IMG/VR virus record: IMGVR_UViG_3300032271_000867
Location: 24,413-88,412 of that record
DNA: 64,000 nt
DNA from: a virus
Reading direction: 5' to 3' (one strand)
Within the stretch, counting starts at the first letter, position 1. Each line of letters starts with the position of its first letter. The notes beneath the pieces are model-generated. The model ran no database searches and was not told the DNA's origin. It worked only from the letters and a program-made list of their open reading frames with translations. The position numbers were made by a program, and so were the translations under genes. Shown here one piece after another: positions 10,218 to 20,933 of this stretch.

Positions 10218-12626
10218 TTACACTATGCCCTTGCTATATACTCCAGACACAAGTTTAATGACATACGGAGTATTTGCAGGAAGTTGATCTTTTAAATTAG
10301 CATTTAATCTAGAAAGTTTTATGTCCCTTGTTGTGTACAACATACTTGGAGAGTTTCCGGCAACTCCTGTAGTCCATACTCCGCCATAAGTAGACGCAAT
10401 TGTTCCATCAAAATAATCTGTAGGAAAATTGCCGTATTCCATTTGTGCCATATCCAAATACAGAACTTGAGAAGCAGAAGTAGGATTATTTAGTAAAGTA
10501 GATACTCCTACAGTAATTGTCGTATTTGCTGGGTCTATGTTTTCTGGAGTAGTAATTGACGAAAATTGTCTAGACCAAATATTGGTAAATTTTCTTGTTC
10601 CATTTAAAGTGTCAATTGTTGTCCAAGTAGCAGAAACAGTTCCGCCAGTAGTTGCTGCAATTGTGCTTGAAGCTGTATTGTCAACGTAAGTAAGTGAGTT
10701 AGAAGCTGCTGTTGCTACTGTTGCAGTAGTGCTATATCCTGATCCAAATGATTGTATAGATATATTATCTCCAATTTTAAATGGGTGAGGATTTAAAAAT
10801 CTAACAGTTACAATGTTATTTATTTTTTGTTTAGTTAAAACTGTAGATTGAGAACTTATACTAAAATAAATACTGTTATAGCTAACATTAGTTACTGATC
10901 TACCATAGATAGAAAATGTATAAGTCTGAGTAGGAAGTACGTTTGAAATGCTAGTTTGTACTCTTGTTGCATAAGTTGTAGGAGATGCATCACAAGTAAC
11001 TGTAAGCATTTTAGTTCCTGAAATTGCTTGACCTAAAGTGGTATCTACTGCAGCATTTGAGATAGATACTGAAGTAGTTGCACCAGAACTATTTATTTTA
11101 TAACCATTCCAACTATTTGTGTTTAGTTCAAATGAAGGATTATAAAGAAAATTATTTTTATTTCCAAGTAATGTAATTATGATACCATTTGCTTCATTAA
11201 AAGGCTGTAATGATGCTCCATTACTTACTTGAATCATATCTAAGTAAAATGTGCCAGTAACTAAAAATTTAAATCCTACTACGCAAAATACGGCATTAGA
11301 CGGAGAAGTAAAACTACTATTAGATCTGGTCCAACCAGTTGCTAATGAACTAACCGCAGTTCCTGTAACAGCACTTCCAATAATAACACCGTATTGGTCA
11401 TACCACTCTATAGATAATTGGATAGTATTTCCTGAAGGAGTGGTAGAATTTTTATGAAAAAAACTAAAATTATAAGCAGTACTTCCTGCAACAGGAATAC
11501 CTTTTGTTTTTGGGCTGCTAGCGCCATTTTTTATGTAAGTATTGCTAGTTTTTACTGTTACTTTTCCACAATATTGAAGATCAACAGCCAAAGAAACATC
11601 TGACGGAAAACTTACAATAGTTGGAGTTACTACTGAGTTTTCAATATTAATTCCAATGTTACCTATAGCTTCCCAAAAACCAATAGATTTGTTAAATGTA
11701 CTATCCTGATTAGTAAGCATTAAATTAGGGCTATCAGATAATGTGGTTAAATATCCAGTTAAAGACTCTATATATGTTTGTAAAGCTGTATATGTACCTT
11801 TACGTTGGTAAATATACACAGCTTCTCTAATTAACGCTTTTCTATTTTTAAAAGGAAGAGTATTTTCAACGGGTAAACCCAAGCTTAATTCAGCTGCATT
11901 AATTGAAAATGGATTAATATTTTTTTGTTCATAATTTGGAGCAATAAAATCCATATAAGTCATAAACTCGTCGTAAGTTAATGAAAATCCTTTAAGAAAT
12001 TTATATAGAGTTGACGTAGTATCAATTGGTTCTAAAGAACTTTGACCTGAAGTTGTAAATACTTTGGGAATACTCTCCATAAGTTTATCTTGAGTAGAGA
12101 TAGCTTGAATACCAGGTTGAACTCTATCAATAAGCCCGCTTAGTTCGTTTACACTTTGTGGAGTAGCTGATGCAGACACAGCATGACTTACCACAATGCT
12201 TTTATAATTTTTTGGAATTAATGTAAAAGTTTGTCCAGTAATTATCCAATTATTTGAAGAAGAACTTCTTGACCAAAGAGTGTAAAAAGCAAACTTACCA
12301 GGAATTAAAGAAACTTGATTAAAATCTGTAGGATATAAATAAAAGTTATCTAATCCATCTATAAACGAATTAATACTTGGTATTAAAGAATACTCTTCGT
12401 ATAAAATAACTCCATCATCCTGTGTTTCTGAAAAATATTCTTGATTTCTAACTAGTCTAAAAGCATTAGATGCACCAGATGGTATATTCCAAGTAATTTT
12501 AACAAGTTCATACTCAATACACTCTGAAGTAACGGGGTTAGAGTTAAGTGGGCTAACAGTTAATTGGCCGTATTGTTGGCCCCCATTAACTTGTGGGTTA
12601 TATTTAAAACTACTGTATATTGGCAC
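10218..12626 (-). CDS. Baseplate wedge / tail protein I-like with carbohydrate-binding-module-like domains
   Basis: REAVYIYQRKGTY.AL..YIESLTG tail-I motif; two NL..N.SFE/TF CBM-like repeats; GTG start at 12626 overlaps the upstream TAG and follows GGAG. Confidence 0.75.
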   Translation of the reverse strand: MPIYSSFKYNPQVNGGQQYGQLTVSPLNSNPVTSECIEYELVKITWNIPSGASNAFRLVRNQEYFSETQDDGVILYEEYSLIPSINSFIDGLDNFYLYPTDFNQVSLIPGKFAFYTLWSRSSSSNNWIITGQTFTLIPKNYKSIVVSHAVSASATPQSVNELSGLIDRVQPGIQAISTQDKLMESIPKVFTTSGQSSLEPIDTTSTLYKFLKGFSLTYDEFMTYMDFIAPNYEQKNINPFSINAAELSLGLPVENTLPFKNRKALIREAVYIYQRKGTYTALQTYIESLTGYLTTLSDSPNLMLTNQDSTFNKSIGFWEAIGNIGINIENSVVTPTIVSFPSDVSLAVDLQYCGKVTVKTSNTYIKNGASSPKTKGIPVAGSTAYNFSFFHKNSTTPSGNTIQLSIEWYDQYGVIIGSAVTGTAVSSLATGWTRSNSSFTSPSNAVFCVVGFKFLVTGTFYLDMIQVSNGASLQPFNEANGIIITLLGNKNNFLYNPSFELNTNSWNGYKINSSGATTSVSISNAAVDTTLGQAISGTKMLTVTCDASPTTYATRVQTSISNVLPTQTYTFSIYGRSVTNVSYNSIYFSISSQSTVLTKQKINNIVTVRFLNPHPFKIGDNISIQSFGSGYSTTATVATAASNSLTYVDNTASSTIAATTGGTVSATWTTIDTLNGTRKFTNIWSRQFSSITTPENIDPANTTITVGVSTLLNNPTSASQVLYLDMAQMEYGNFPTDYFDGTIASTYGGVWTTGVAGNSPSMLYTTRDIKLSRLNANLKDQLPANTPYVIKLVSGVYSKGIV

Positions 12627-12886
12627 TAAATAGCTCCGCCACAATCAATGATATAAATACCATTTTCTATATTTGTAATTCGATCACTTAAACTAGTCCA
12701 GGTAGTTGTAGCTGTACTAAAATTGCCCACATTCCATGCAGAAGTTCTGCTGTGAGGGTTAGTTCCAATGATTGATTGAATAGCATAAATTTCTGCAAAC
12801 AAAGCGTTTACATCATTAGCAATTACATAATCTACGTTGTCTACACGAGTAGCGTATGAAGCAAGTTGGTTTGGGTAATATGACAT
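12626..12886 (-). CDS. Small virion/baseplate-associated protein
   Basis: VD.VD.V.A.DVN.L..EI.AIQ..IG.NP motif common in phage tail genes. Confidence 0.6.
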   Translation of the reverse strand: MSYYPNQLASYATRVDNVDYVIANDVNALFAEIYAIQSIIGTNPHSRTSAWNVGNFSTATTTWTSLSDRITNIENGIYIIDCGGAI

Positions 12887-12944
12887 TAAATCTCCTATAA
12901 TCTATTACAATTTTTACTTATTAAGTAAGTTTTATCAAGGTAAG

Positions 12945-13211
12945 CTACGGAGTTCCACCGTCAATTGAGTTAGATGTTGTTAACCATACTGGAAAAGATG
13001 GGTCTCCACCTTCAAACATTGCCCACACGGTAGATCCAATAACTGGAATAAAAAATACTGAACTACCAGGCCAGGACCAACCAGTTATTTCTGTTAAAAA
13101 TATTTGAGGTATTTGTAACTTTAATCTTTTTTTATCTAAAGGATCTTTATTGTCAATTACAATAGCTCGATATACTCCATAAAACCTTTTGTAGTTAGTA
13201 GTTTCATGCAT
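12945..13211 (-). CDS. Baseplate spike OB-fold protein (gp5/gpV N-terminal domain)
   Basis: YGVYRAIVIDNKDPL..RLKLQIP, PVIGSTVWAMFEGGDPSFPVW. Confidence 0.88.
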   Translation of the reverse strand: MHETTNYKRFYGVYRAIVIDNKDPLDKKRLKLQIPQIFLTEITGWSWPGSSVFFIPVIGSTVWAMFEGGDPSFPVWLTTSNSIDGGTP

Positions 13212-13212
13212 T

Positions 13213-15111
13213 TTATCCTCTAGTAACTACTAAAGTGTATGTTTGTGAGTGAATTTTATCACTAGCAGTTACTTTAATAGAAATGCTATTAAATCCAGAA
13301 CTTAAACTAATAGCACTACTAGTAACACCAGAAGCAACAGTAAGTGGACTACCAGAAGGTGGAGTGATTACTATTGTGGCATTTATATCAGTACTAGTTG
13401 GTGTTAAAGTAATTGTAGATACACCACTAGCTACTGCTAGTCCATAGTTAACAATGTTGCTTGAAAGAGTAATAGAACCAGAAGAAGTAGTTAGCAAACT
13501 TAAAGTTGTGACTGATGATCGTTCAGTAACTGTAATAGCAGAATCTTGTAAAGTGAAAATTTCATTTACTGCACCATTTAAAATTTTTCTTGATGTGCCG
13601 GAGTTAGTGTCTAAAATAGTTACATATGCATTTGTCACACCAGGTGCAGCACGTAATGCAGCTTCAATTACTTCCGGAGTTACAATCGCATTAAAATCTG
13701 TGCCTTGGTAAGAAAATCCTGCTCGTAAAATAGTTTTTATATTATTACTTACTTGGTCATTTGTAAATCGTAAATCTCTAGTATATTCAACTGTTATTTT
13801 TACAGGTACATAGGTAGGAGGAAGAAGAGTTACAGCTACTCCTATTTGAGTGTAAGGTTGAATTACAGGGTAAACACTGCTTGTTAAAGTCGTCCATTTA
13901 TCTGTAAGTAATCCAATATTTCCGGAATCATATAGAGGATAAGGATCATAAGCAGATCCAGTAGAAATTGGTGCAATGTATAAGTTTACTGAATTCCATA
14001 CATCTGCAGATGCTTTTGCTTTTCCTACAAAAGATGAATTCATTACTAATTTTTCGTAATCCGAGAGTGTAATAGCTCTATAAAAAGGAGATAATGCATT
14101 TGCAGCATTTACTCTAATACTAGAGTTAGTTTCAGGATCACTGCCTCCGGTACCTAATCCAGTTACTGTTGCAGTTATAGTATTATTAATTGTTAAATTA
14201 GAATTAATAATGGCTAAATCAGAAGAAGAATAAGGAGTATATGTAGAGTCAAAACCATAATAAAGTGTGTTTAAAGTATTATTAGGAATATTGCCTATTA
14301 CTCCTCCTCCAATTGAGTATTGCACTTTAATTGCCGCATTAACTTGAGGAATACTTCCTGATAAACCATTTCCAAATTGAATATACAATTGGTCAAACTC
14401 ATCAAAATAAATTTGATAAACAGTAGAGTTTTGATTTGCATCGACAATGTGGTCAATTTTTGACCATTGCTCATACGTAGTACCATTTAGTACATATACA
14501 ACTACACTGTCCTCTAAAACATTGTCTGAGTTAATTGGAAAAATTTGATTTGAAGTTCCATCTGAATACCCGATAATTTTTCCAGCAATATCTGTAGAAT
14601 TTTGTGCAGGATAGTCAAGTATACTTGGTCGTCCATGAGTCGCAGTAACAGTTGTCGGTGTATTTGGAGCAAGCATTACTTGAGAATCTAAAGTAAAATA
14701 AATAGTAGAAAATACTCCATTATTATTTATTTCACCAGAAATTACTGATCCGTCAGATATAGTATACGTATTATTACTATTATTAGTAATTGTAATATCT
14801 ACAGAAGCTGCTTTATATCCTGTAGGAGAATATCCATAAATACGTGAAAGATTTAAAAGACTTTGCCGTTGATTAGCTGTGTAAATAAAACTTTCATTTG
14901 CAATTCTGTCAATATAATAATTTATAAGATCACCCATATACGCAAATGTTTCTACAAGAGCCACACCAAAGTCAGCAGGGTCAGTACCTTGCCATTCAGG
15001 AATAGATTGTTGAACTCTAGCTATAAGAGCACTTCTTAAAGAATTAAAATCTCTGTTAGTGTAATCAATTGATACAGGTAAAGTTGTATCTGTAGTATTT
15101 TTTATTGCCAT
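13213..15111 (-). CDS. Baseplate wedge protein (gp6/J-like) with C-terminal cadherin-like domain
   Basis: IDYTNRDF.SLR, DFGVALVETFAY.GD..NYYIDR.ANE, GGSDPET..SIR, RAITLSDYE; C-terminal KVTASD...TYTLVVTR. Confidence 0.9.
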   Translation of the reverse strand: MAIKNTTDTTLPVSIDYTNRDFNSLRSALIARVQQSIPEWQGTDPADFGVALVETFAYMGDLINYYIDRIANESFIYTANQRQSLLNLSRIYGYSPTGYKAASVDITITNNSNNTYTISDGSVISGEINNNGVFSTIYFTLDSQVMLAPNTPTTVTATHGRPSILDYPAQNSTDIAGKIIGYSDGTSNQIFPINSDNVLEDSVVVYVLNGTTYEQWSKIDHIVDANQNSTVYQIYFDEFDQLYIQFGNGLSGSIPQVNAAIKVQYSIGGGVIGNIPNNTLNTLYYGFDSTYTPYSSSDLAIINSNLTINNTITATVTGLGTGGSDPETNSSIRVNAANALSPFYRAITLSDYEKLVMNSSFVGKAKASADVWNSVNLYIAPISTGSAYDPYPLYDSGNIGLLTDKWTTLTSSVYPVIQPYTQIGVAVTLLPPTYVPVKITVEYTRDLRFTNDQVSNNIKTILRAGFSYQGTDFNAIVTPEVIEAALRAAPGVTNAYVTILDTNSGTSRKILNGAVNEIFTLQDSAITVTERSSVTTLSLLTTSSGSITLSSNIVNYGLAVASGVSTITLTPTSTDINATIVITPPSGSPLTVASGVTSSAISLSSGFNSISIKVTASDKIHSQTYTLVVTRG

Positions 15112-15524
15112 TAGTATCTCTTTTCAGAAATGATTCCAGAGTTATCTACTGTAGATAGTCCAACTATCAAAGAAGAAGTAGACTCATTAGGTAGGGTGTA
15201 GGTAACATTCACGTTGATAGTTGACCCATCTGCACTATAAGTTACATCTACGCTATTTAATCTCAATAATCTAAAATATAAAGAAAAAATTCTATTAATT
15301 TCTGTTTCAATAGTAGAACTTAAAGAGTCTCTTGTATCTAAAATAGTGAGACCAATTGTAGTCCCAAATGCGGGATACATAACACGTTCACCAAGATTAG
15401 TATTTATAGCTGATATAATTCTATCATTCCATATTTTTTTAGGGTCTGTAGTAACATTTATTTTTCCGTAACTATCTATAGAAAACGGTAAAGTAATTGT
15501 TTTTTCAGTTAATCTTTGAGCCAT
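15111..15524 (-). CDS. Baseplate wedge gp25-like protein
   Basis: TNLGERVMYPAFGT motif. Confidence 0.88.
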   Translation of the reverse strand: MAQRLTEKTITLPFSIDSYGKINVTTDPKKIWNDRIISAINTNLGERVMYPAFGTTIGLTILDTRDSLSSTIETEINRIFSLYFRLLRLNSVDVTYSADGSTINVNVTYTLPNESTSSLIVGLSTVDNSGIISEKRY

Positions 15525-15526
15525 AA

Positions 15527-16792
15527 TTATCTACTGTTCCATCTCATAGGAGTTCTTAAGTATCCTTGATTACCCATACTAATTAACATAGTCTGAGAAT
15601 CTAATACTGAGGTATTTTGTTTTACAGGTTTATTTAAATTATTAAGTAAATTTGCTTCAAGATCAACAGTTCCAATACGTCCAAAATTTGTATCTCTAAA
15701 AGCAGTAGATTTAGTTGAGTTTAACCCATCTGTTACTACATTCATTTCTACTTGATATTGCCCAAGTTTAAAAAATCTATGAGTTACTTGTTTGATAATC
15801 CAATGACCATCTGTACTGTTACCTGTTCCGTCTACATATATAACACCGTATGGTTTAAATCTAGGATCCCCTTGACAAAGAATTTTTGCAGGAATATTAA
15901 AACGAGACATGTGTGCATGTCCTTTAGTTACTGACTCTACATCTGTAATATTATGAGTTACTTGTGAATTAATAGGTTCATTAAATAATGAGTCACTAAC
16001 ACTAGACCTAAGTGATTCACCGATAGTTGTTGAAGACTGAGAAGTAGTAATAAGTTTTTCTGTATAAGGATTTATACCAGCAACTTGTTTATTTGTGTGA
16101 AGGTATTCAGTTCCTTCAATGTGTTCACCATTTAATACTTTAAAATAATCTAAAGTTCTATCAAAAAAATCTTGACCAGTAGGTCCTACACTAGTTCTTT
16201 GAGAAAGAACCGGAACATCAGAAAAATTAGAGTCAATAAGTTTGTCTATACTTCTAAAAATTAAATGAGTATTATCTATGACCATAGCAAACCCAATTCG
16301 TTTTGCTTGTTCCTGCAGCCACTCCCAGTATGAATGTCCTGCTATTGTTAACTGTTCAAATCTTCTTGAATCTGAATCACCAGTAAATTTAAAACCATTT
16401 TCTATAGCAATTATTTCTGCAATTTCAGGAATGGTTTTATTATTAAATACACGGGTTATTTTTTCTTTTAAAGGATAAGAAGCAGAAACACAATGTATTT
16501 GCATTAATTGTTGAGTAGCAGGAGTAAGTTCTTTAGAAATATAGGAAACATATCCTACCCATATTTTATTTTTATTTCCCTGTTTCCATTCAAATTTAAT
16601 TGGAATACCAGTTTTTATAATAGAAAAATATAAAGGACTAATTGTTGTGTATTCAATAATTAAAATATCATGTCGATATTGTTCTTGAATTAAATCAACT
16701 CTACTTGGTTGAACACTTATTCCAGGTAAAGAAGGCCATGAAATTCTATAATCTGTACCAAATCTATATTTTCTAAATGTTTGATCAGACAT
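15527..16792 (-). CDS. Baseplate hub protein (gp27/gpD-like)
   Basis: Position; SYWEWLQEQAKRIGF, GDPRFKPYG.I.V.G...DGHWIIKQVTH. Confidence 0.75.
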   Translation of the reverse strand: MSDQTFRKYRFGTDYRISWPSLPGISVQPSRVDLIQEQYRHDILIIEYTTISPLYFSIIKTGIPIKFEWKQGNKNKIWVGYVSYISKELTPATQQLMQIHCVSASYPLKEKITRVFNNKTIPEIAEIIAIENGFKFTGDSDSRRFEQLTIAGHSYWEWLQEQAKRIGFAMVIDNTHLIFRSIDKLIDSNFSDVPVLSQRTSVGPTGQDFFDRTLDYFKVLNGEHIEGTEYLHTNKQVAGINPYTEKLITTSQSSTTIGESLRSSVSDSLFNEPINSQVTHNITDVESVTKGHAHMSRFNIPAKILCQGDPRFKPYGVIYVDGTGNSTDGHWIIKQVTHRFFKLGQYQVEMNVVTDGLNSTKSTAFRDTNFGRIGTVDLEANLLNNLNKPVKQNTSVLDSQTMLISMGNQGYLRTPMRWNSR

Positions 16793-17060
16793 TAGGAATC
16801 CTAACTAATGTTCCTACAGGAATATTAAATGCATTACTTATTTCAGGATTTATATCCATAATTTTCCACCACATTTCTGGTGCTCCAAAATAATCATTTG
16901 CCACTGAATCAATTCGATCACTATCTGACCATGTGTAATAAAAGAAAGAGTTATTAGAGGGTAAAAATGTTCTTAGTACAGTAATAGGGTAGTTACCTGT
17001 CCTACTATCATTGGCTTTAAATATTCTGCCATTTGCATATCTACTATCAGAATAAATCAT
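16785..17060 (-). CDS. LysM-like baseplate/tail protein (gpX/gp53-like)
   Basis: DRIDSVANDYFG.PEMWWKIMDINP..IPVGTLVRIP. Confidence 0.85.
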   Translation of the reverse strand: MIYSDSRYANGRIFKANDSRTGNYPITVLRTFLPSNNSFFYYTWSDSDRIDSVANDYFGAPEMWWKIMDINPEISNAFNIPVGTLVRIPNV

Positions 17061-18446
17061 TTAAAATCCTGTATCTGGAATTCTATTGGCACTAAATGTT
17101 ACAGAAGAAAGTAATGGAACCATTCTGTGATCAAAAATAATGTGTTTAACTGTTATACCTGAAATTTGAACTAAGTAACGTAATGATTTTCCTAAATGAA
17201 GTTCTAGTGGTCTAACTTGAATAAACCCAATATCTGCAGTCAATCCATCTGCACTATTTCTTTCAACAAATTTACTTTTTAAACCAAAACCTAACAACGT
17301 TCTTAATAGCGACTCTAGATCATACATCGTGCCTTTATTAAAAATTTCTTTTTGCTCTGCAGCACTTGGAGGAATTGGGTAAATATCCTGAGCATTAATA
17401 CCCGTTAATACTTGTTGAGTTGTTGGATCATAGTAGGCAAAATCAGCCATCCTATTTAAAATTAAATCAAATTGGATAGTACTTTGAGATAAACTAGAAG
17501 AAATTGGATTGAAATAGTCTAAACCAGCAGTAAAAATTGATGGATCACTTTTTAAAACTCCTTGATAAGACATAGTAATAGTAGTTGGATTATACAAAAA
17601 TTGGTATGCATAACGTTCTGTTATCTCAGGAAAAAGTCCAGGATCATTAATTTGATTTTGAATATCATTAATACCATTTTTTACATTTGAAGGAGTTGAA
17701 CTTGTAGAATTAGGTTTTGGTATATATAGAACAATCATTCCTTTATGGCCAGCAGAATTTGACCAAAGATCATGCGCTTCTTTAATTTTTGCAGGTTCAG
17801 TAATCTTTTTACCGTAAATTTTACTAAACTCTCCAGAATAAGCAGCAGGAGAAAGATACGCATCATGAACCGCACTAGCATTAAATCTTAATGGTTTTTT
17901 AAAAAGTTGTGCTGCACTTGTTGAGGCAGGTGTAGGAGTTACAGAATTAGAAGAAGCTACGTACCCTTTATCTCCAGGTAAAAAACGGTGTGAGTTTACT
18001 TGAGGTATATAACCAGAATCTCCGGGTAAAAAGTGGTGTGATCCACCTCCAGTTAAATTAGCTATCTGTAGTAATAACGCTTTTTCTCTATCTTTGTATT
18101 GTTGCCAATGACTATGTTGTTGCTTATATTTAGCATAAATTACATCTCTTTGACTTTGTAAAGTACTGGGATCACTTAATGCAGCTATTCCTGCATCTAG
18201 TTCATTTAATTGGGCTTTAAGATTTTTCCAACCCTCTACACCAGCATTTGTGTCCCCATCTTTTTGTTGTTTTTCTAGTATTTTAAGATAACTTATTTCA
18301 GCTTGGCATTTAGCAATTGTCGTAGGCAAAATAGGTACACTATTAATTTTAGGATCTGCAGTTAAAAATCCACCAGAAATAGAGGCAACTGCATTTGACC
18401 CCCCATTTATTATACTATCTATAAAATCATAAAAAGGATCACTCAT
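17061..18446 (-). CDS. Tail tube initiator-like baseplate protein
   Basis: YQFLYNPTTITMSY and FDHRMVPLLSSV.FSANR motifs; lies between tape measure and LysM genes. Confidence 0.6.
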   Translation of the reverse strand: MSDPFYDFIDSIINGGSNAVASISGGFLTADPKINSVPILPTTIAKCQAEISYLKILEKQQKDGDTNAGVEGWKNLKAQLNELDAGIAALSDPSTLQSQRDVIYAKYKQQHSHWQQYKDREKALLLQIANLTGGGSHHFLPGDSGYIPQVNSHRFLPGDKGYVASSNSVTPTPASTSAAQLFKKPLRFNASAVHDAYLSPAAYSGEFSKIYGKKITEPAKIKEAHDLWSNSAGHKGMIVLYIPKPNSTSSTPSNVKNGINDIQNQINDPGLFPEITERYAYQFLYNPTTITMSYQGVLKSDPSIFTAGLDYFNPISSSLSQSTIQFDLILNRMADFAYYDPTTQQVLTGINAQDIYPIPPSAAEQKEIFNKGTMYDLESLLRTLLGFGLKSKFVERNSADGLTADIGFIQVRPLELHLGKSLRYLVQISGITVKHIIFDHRMVPLLSSVTFSANRIPDTGF

Positions 18447-18448
18447 TA

Positions 18449-20740
18449 TTAGAACCTTCCCATGCTAGACATTTGTAAATCTTGTTCTAAATAAGATTTA
18501 ACTAAACTTGCAAATTTACGTGCTTCAGACTCAGACGCATTAGCAATACTTAAATTAATTTCTACTTTAGGACTTCCAGAAGATCCAGAAGAGCCTGACC
18601 CATACCCACTAAACCCACCAAGAGTCATAGTACTAGCAGGACCACCAGAACCTGCGTCAGAACCCCCTGAAGAAGCATTAGAGGATGCAAAACTTAATCC
18701 TACGGAAGGAGAGGTAGCAGATACTCCCGTAGCTCCTACAGACAAAATAGAAGATGCAGCAGGAACATAAGCAGTAAATGCAGTAGGATCTAATTGAGTA
18801 ACTCCGGGAACAATATTGTTAATAGAGTGAGGGTCAGTTGTAATAGCTGAACTAGTTCCAGAACTAGACTTAGCATTTTTTGGGTTAATACCAATAGCGC
18901 CACTCATAAATGCTGAAGGATTAACTGCTGCACCATCTTTTTGAACTTCAAAGTGCAAGTGAGGCCCAGTCACATAACCTGAATGTCCGGATTTAGCAAT
19001 TTGTTGTCCAGCAGTTACTTTATCTCCAGGATAAACATTTGCTTGACTTAAGTGTGCGTATAAAGTTTTGTAACCATTACCGTGGTTAAGTACTACATAT
19101 TTACCATAAGAATAAGGACCACTACCAACAGTAGATGAGTCTACGACACCATCAGCTGCAGCAACAACGGATGTACCATCGGCAACTCCATAGTCTGTGC
19201 CATGGTGAACACCTTTGCCCCACGGACCACCTGTTGCACCGAAAGGCGCAGTAACCGCCCCTGAAGTTGGTACTACGTGCTTGTAATTACCCTGTAAACC
19301 ATTATCAGGCATGGTAGTTCCACCAATAGTACTAGTTGGTCCACCTATAACCTTTCCTGTATTTCCTGTAAATGGATTTAAATAATTGCCCATTTGATTT
19401 GCAGTATTGGCTGCCGGTGCAAGATTACTTACAAGAGCAGAAATACCCGAAACAGCTAATGCAGGCACTGCAACTTCAAATTGTCCAGCTAATGCAGCAG
19501 CTCCAGCAACAGCTAATGAACCTCCAGTAACTGCATTTGCTGTATCTTTAATAAAGTTATTAGTTCCTTGGACTTGCTGCAGTTTACCTTGAAAACCAGC
19601 ACTTGATCCTAACACTTGTAAGTAAGCGTTAGTTACCTTAAGAATGCTGCTCATATTAGCAAATTCATCATTGAGAGCTTTAATTTTTCCAATAGCACTG
19701 CTCATGCCTGAAATGTAGTCAGATTCTACCTTTGAGGCATTTTGAGCTTGATTACTATTTAAGTCGTACATCCCAGCCAATGGATTTGCATTTCCTCCAG
19801 CAGCAGATCCACCCAAAAGTTTATTCATAGCAGCATTATTTGAAAGATCCATTTTTGTACCTTTGGATCTTTCAATCATGTATTGTGCAAACATAGCTTG
19901 TTGAGCAGGATCTTGAAAAGCATCGTTAATTATTTGACCAAGGTAACCCTGACGTAATTGTTTTTGTGTTATAGCAAGGCTAGCTTTAGGATGACCTGCA
20001 GTAAGACGTTGTGCTAATTGTTCAAAAATTTGACCTTGTGTTAACGGATTTGCAGTTCTAGGGTCTGAAGTGCGAATACCAAATTGCGCCATTAAACTAG
20101 CAGAAGTAGAGCCAGAAGTAAGATTTTCAATTGCAGCGACTGCTTGCTGATTAGGCATGTTTAAATATTTAGCAGCATTAGCCACAGATCTAAGTGATTG
20201 TTGATATGTGCTATTAGGATCTTGGCTAAATGCCATACCTGCACCAGTTAAATACTGAGCAGTGTATGCATCGCTACCATTAGAAGTAATGCCACCTCGC
20301 ATTGTACCAAAAGTGGCGGCTTCCATTACACTACGGTTTACGCCACCCGCACTAATGCCCGCATTGTAATAAGTTGCCGCTCTATTTAATACGTCACCTA
20401 CACCAGGCATACCTGTAGCATTAGCAGAAAGTTGAGCTAATCCAAAATTAATTCCTGCTTGGCCTACTCTAATTCCCGTAGATATTGCTGCTCCAGCTAT
20501 TCCCGGAATAAAACCAGTAGCCATACTAGCCATACTAGATGCAGAACCAGTAACTGAAGATACTGCAGCTAACGCACCTGCCATAGAATTATTAGAGCCA
20601 GATGCCCCCATACCACTAGCAGCAGTGCTAGGCGCTCGCCAAGATTTAAAGCCACCAGAAATATCTTGGACTAAACTTTTAATGCTGACTAATTGGGATT
20701 TGACATTAGCCAAATCTCCAATAATGTTTTCATCAGTCAT
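18449..20740 (-). CDS. Tape measure protein with M23 peptidase domain
   Basis: Ala/Gly-rich helical N-terminus; HHGTDY, YAHLS, GPHLHFEV M23 motifs. Confidence 0.88.
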   Translation of the reverse strand: MTDENIIGDLANVKSQLVSIKSLVQDISGGFKSWRAPSTAASGMGASGSNNSMAGALAAVSSVTGSASSMASMATGFIPGIAGAAISTGIRVGQAGINFGLAQLSANATGMPGVGDVLNRAATYYNAGISAGGVNRSVMEAATFGTMRGGITSNGSDAYTAQYLTGAGMAFSQDPNSTYQQSLRSVANAAKYLNMPNQQAVAAIENLTSGSTSASLMAQFGIRTSDPRTANPLTQGQIFEQLAQRLTAGHPKASLAITQKQLRQGYLGQIINDAFQDPAQQAMFAQYMIERSKGTKMDLSNNAAMNKLLGGSAAGGNANPLAGMYDLNSNQAQNASKVESDYISGMSSAIGKIKALNDEFANMSSILKVTNAYLQVLGSSAGFQGKLQQVQGTNNFIKDTANAVTGGSLAVAGAAALAGQFEVAVPALAVSGISALVSNLAPAANTANQMGNYLNPFTGNTGKVIGGPTSTIGGTTMPDNGLQGNYKHVVPTSGAVTAPFGATGGPWGKGVHHGTDYGVADGTSVVAAADGVVDSSTVGSGPYSYGKYVVLNHGNGYKTLYAHLSQANVYPGDKVTAGQQIAKSGHSGYVTGPHLHFEVQKDGAAVNPSAFMSGAIGINPKNAKSSSGTSSAITTDPHSINNIVPGVTQLDPTAFTAYVPAASSILSVGATGVSATSPSVGLSFASSNASSGGSDAGSGGPASTMTLGGFSGYGSGSSGSSGSPKVEINLSIANASESEARKFASLVKSYLEQDLQMSSMGRF

Positions 20741-20933
20741 TCTTAATCACCACTTTGCCGTATTCTCTGGCTATCTCTAACCAATTCATTCGTTCTCTTG
20801 GAGTCAACTCTTTTATTTCTGTGAGTGTCCATCCAGGAAAACTAGATGTTAGTGCAACCCAGTGTGATAATAATTCTGGATAAGACACTTTTCTAGAACT
20901 GAAATAAAGCCCCAAGGTTAATTGGGACCACAA
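20733..20933 (-). CDS. Small tail assembly chaperone, possibly expressed by frameshift from the upstream gene
   Basis: GWTLTEIKELTPRER.NW motif; overlaps the 3' end of 20893..21705; no clear SD. Confidence 0.7.
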   Translation of the reverse strand: MWSQLTLGLYFSSRKVSYPELLSHWVALTSSFPGWTLTEIKELTPRERMNWLEIAREYGKVVIKND

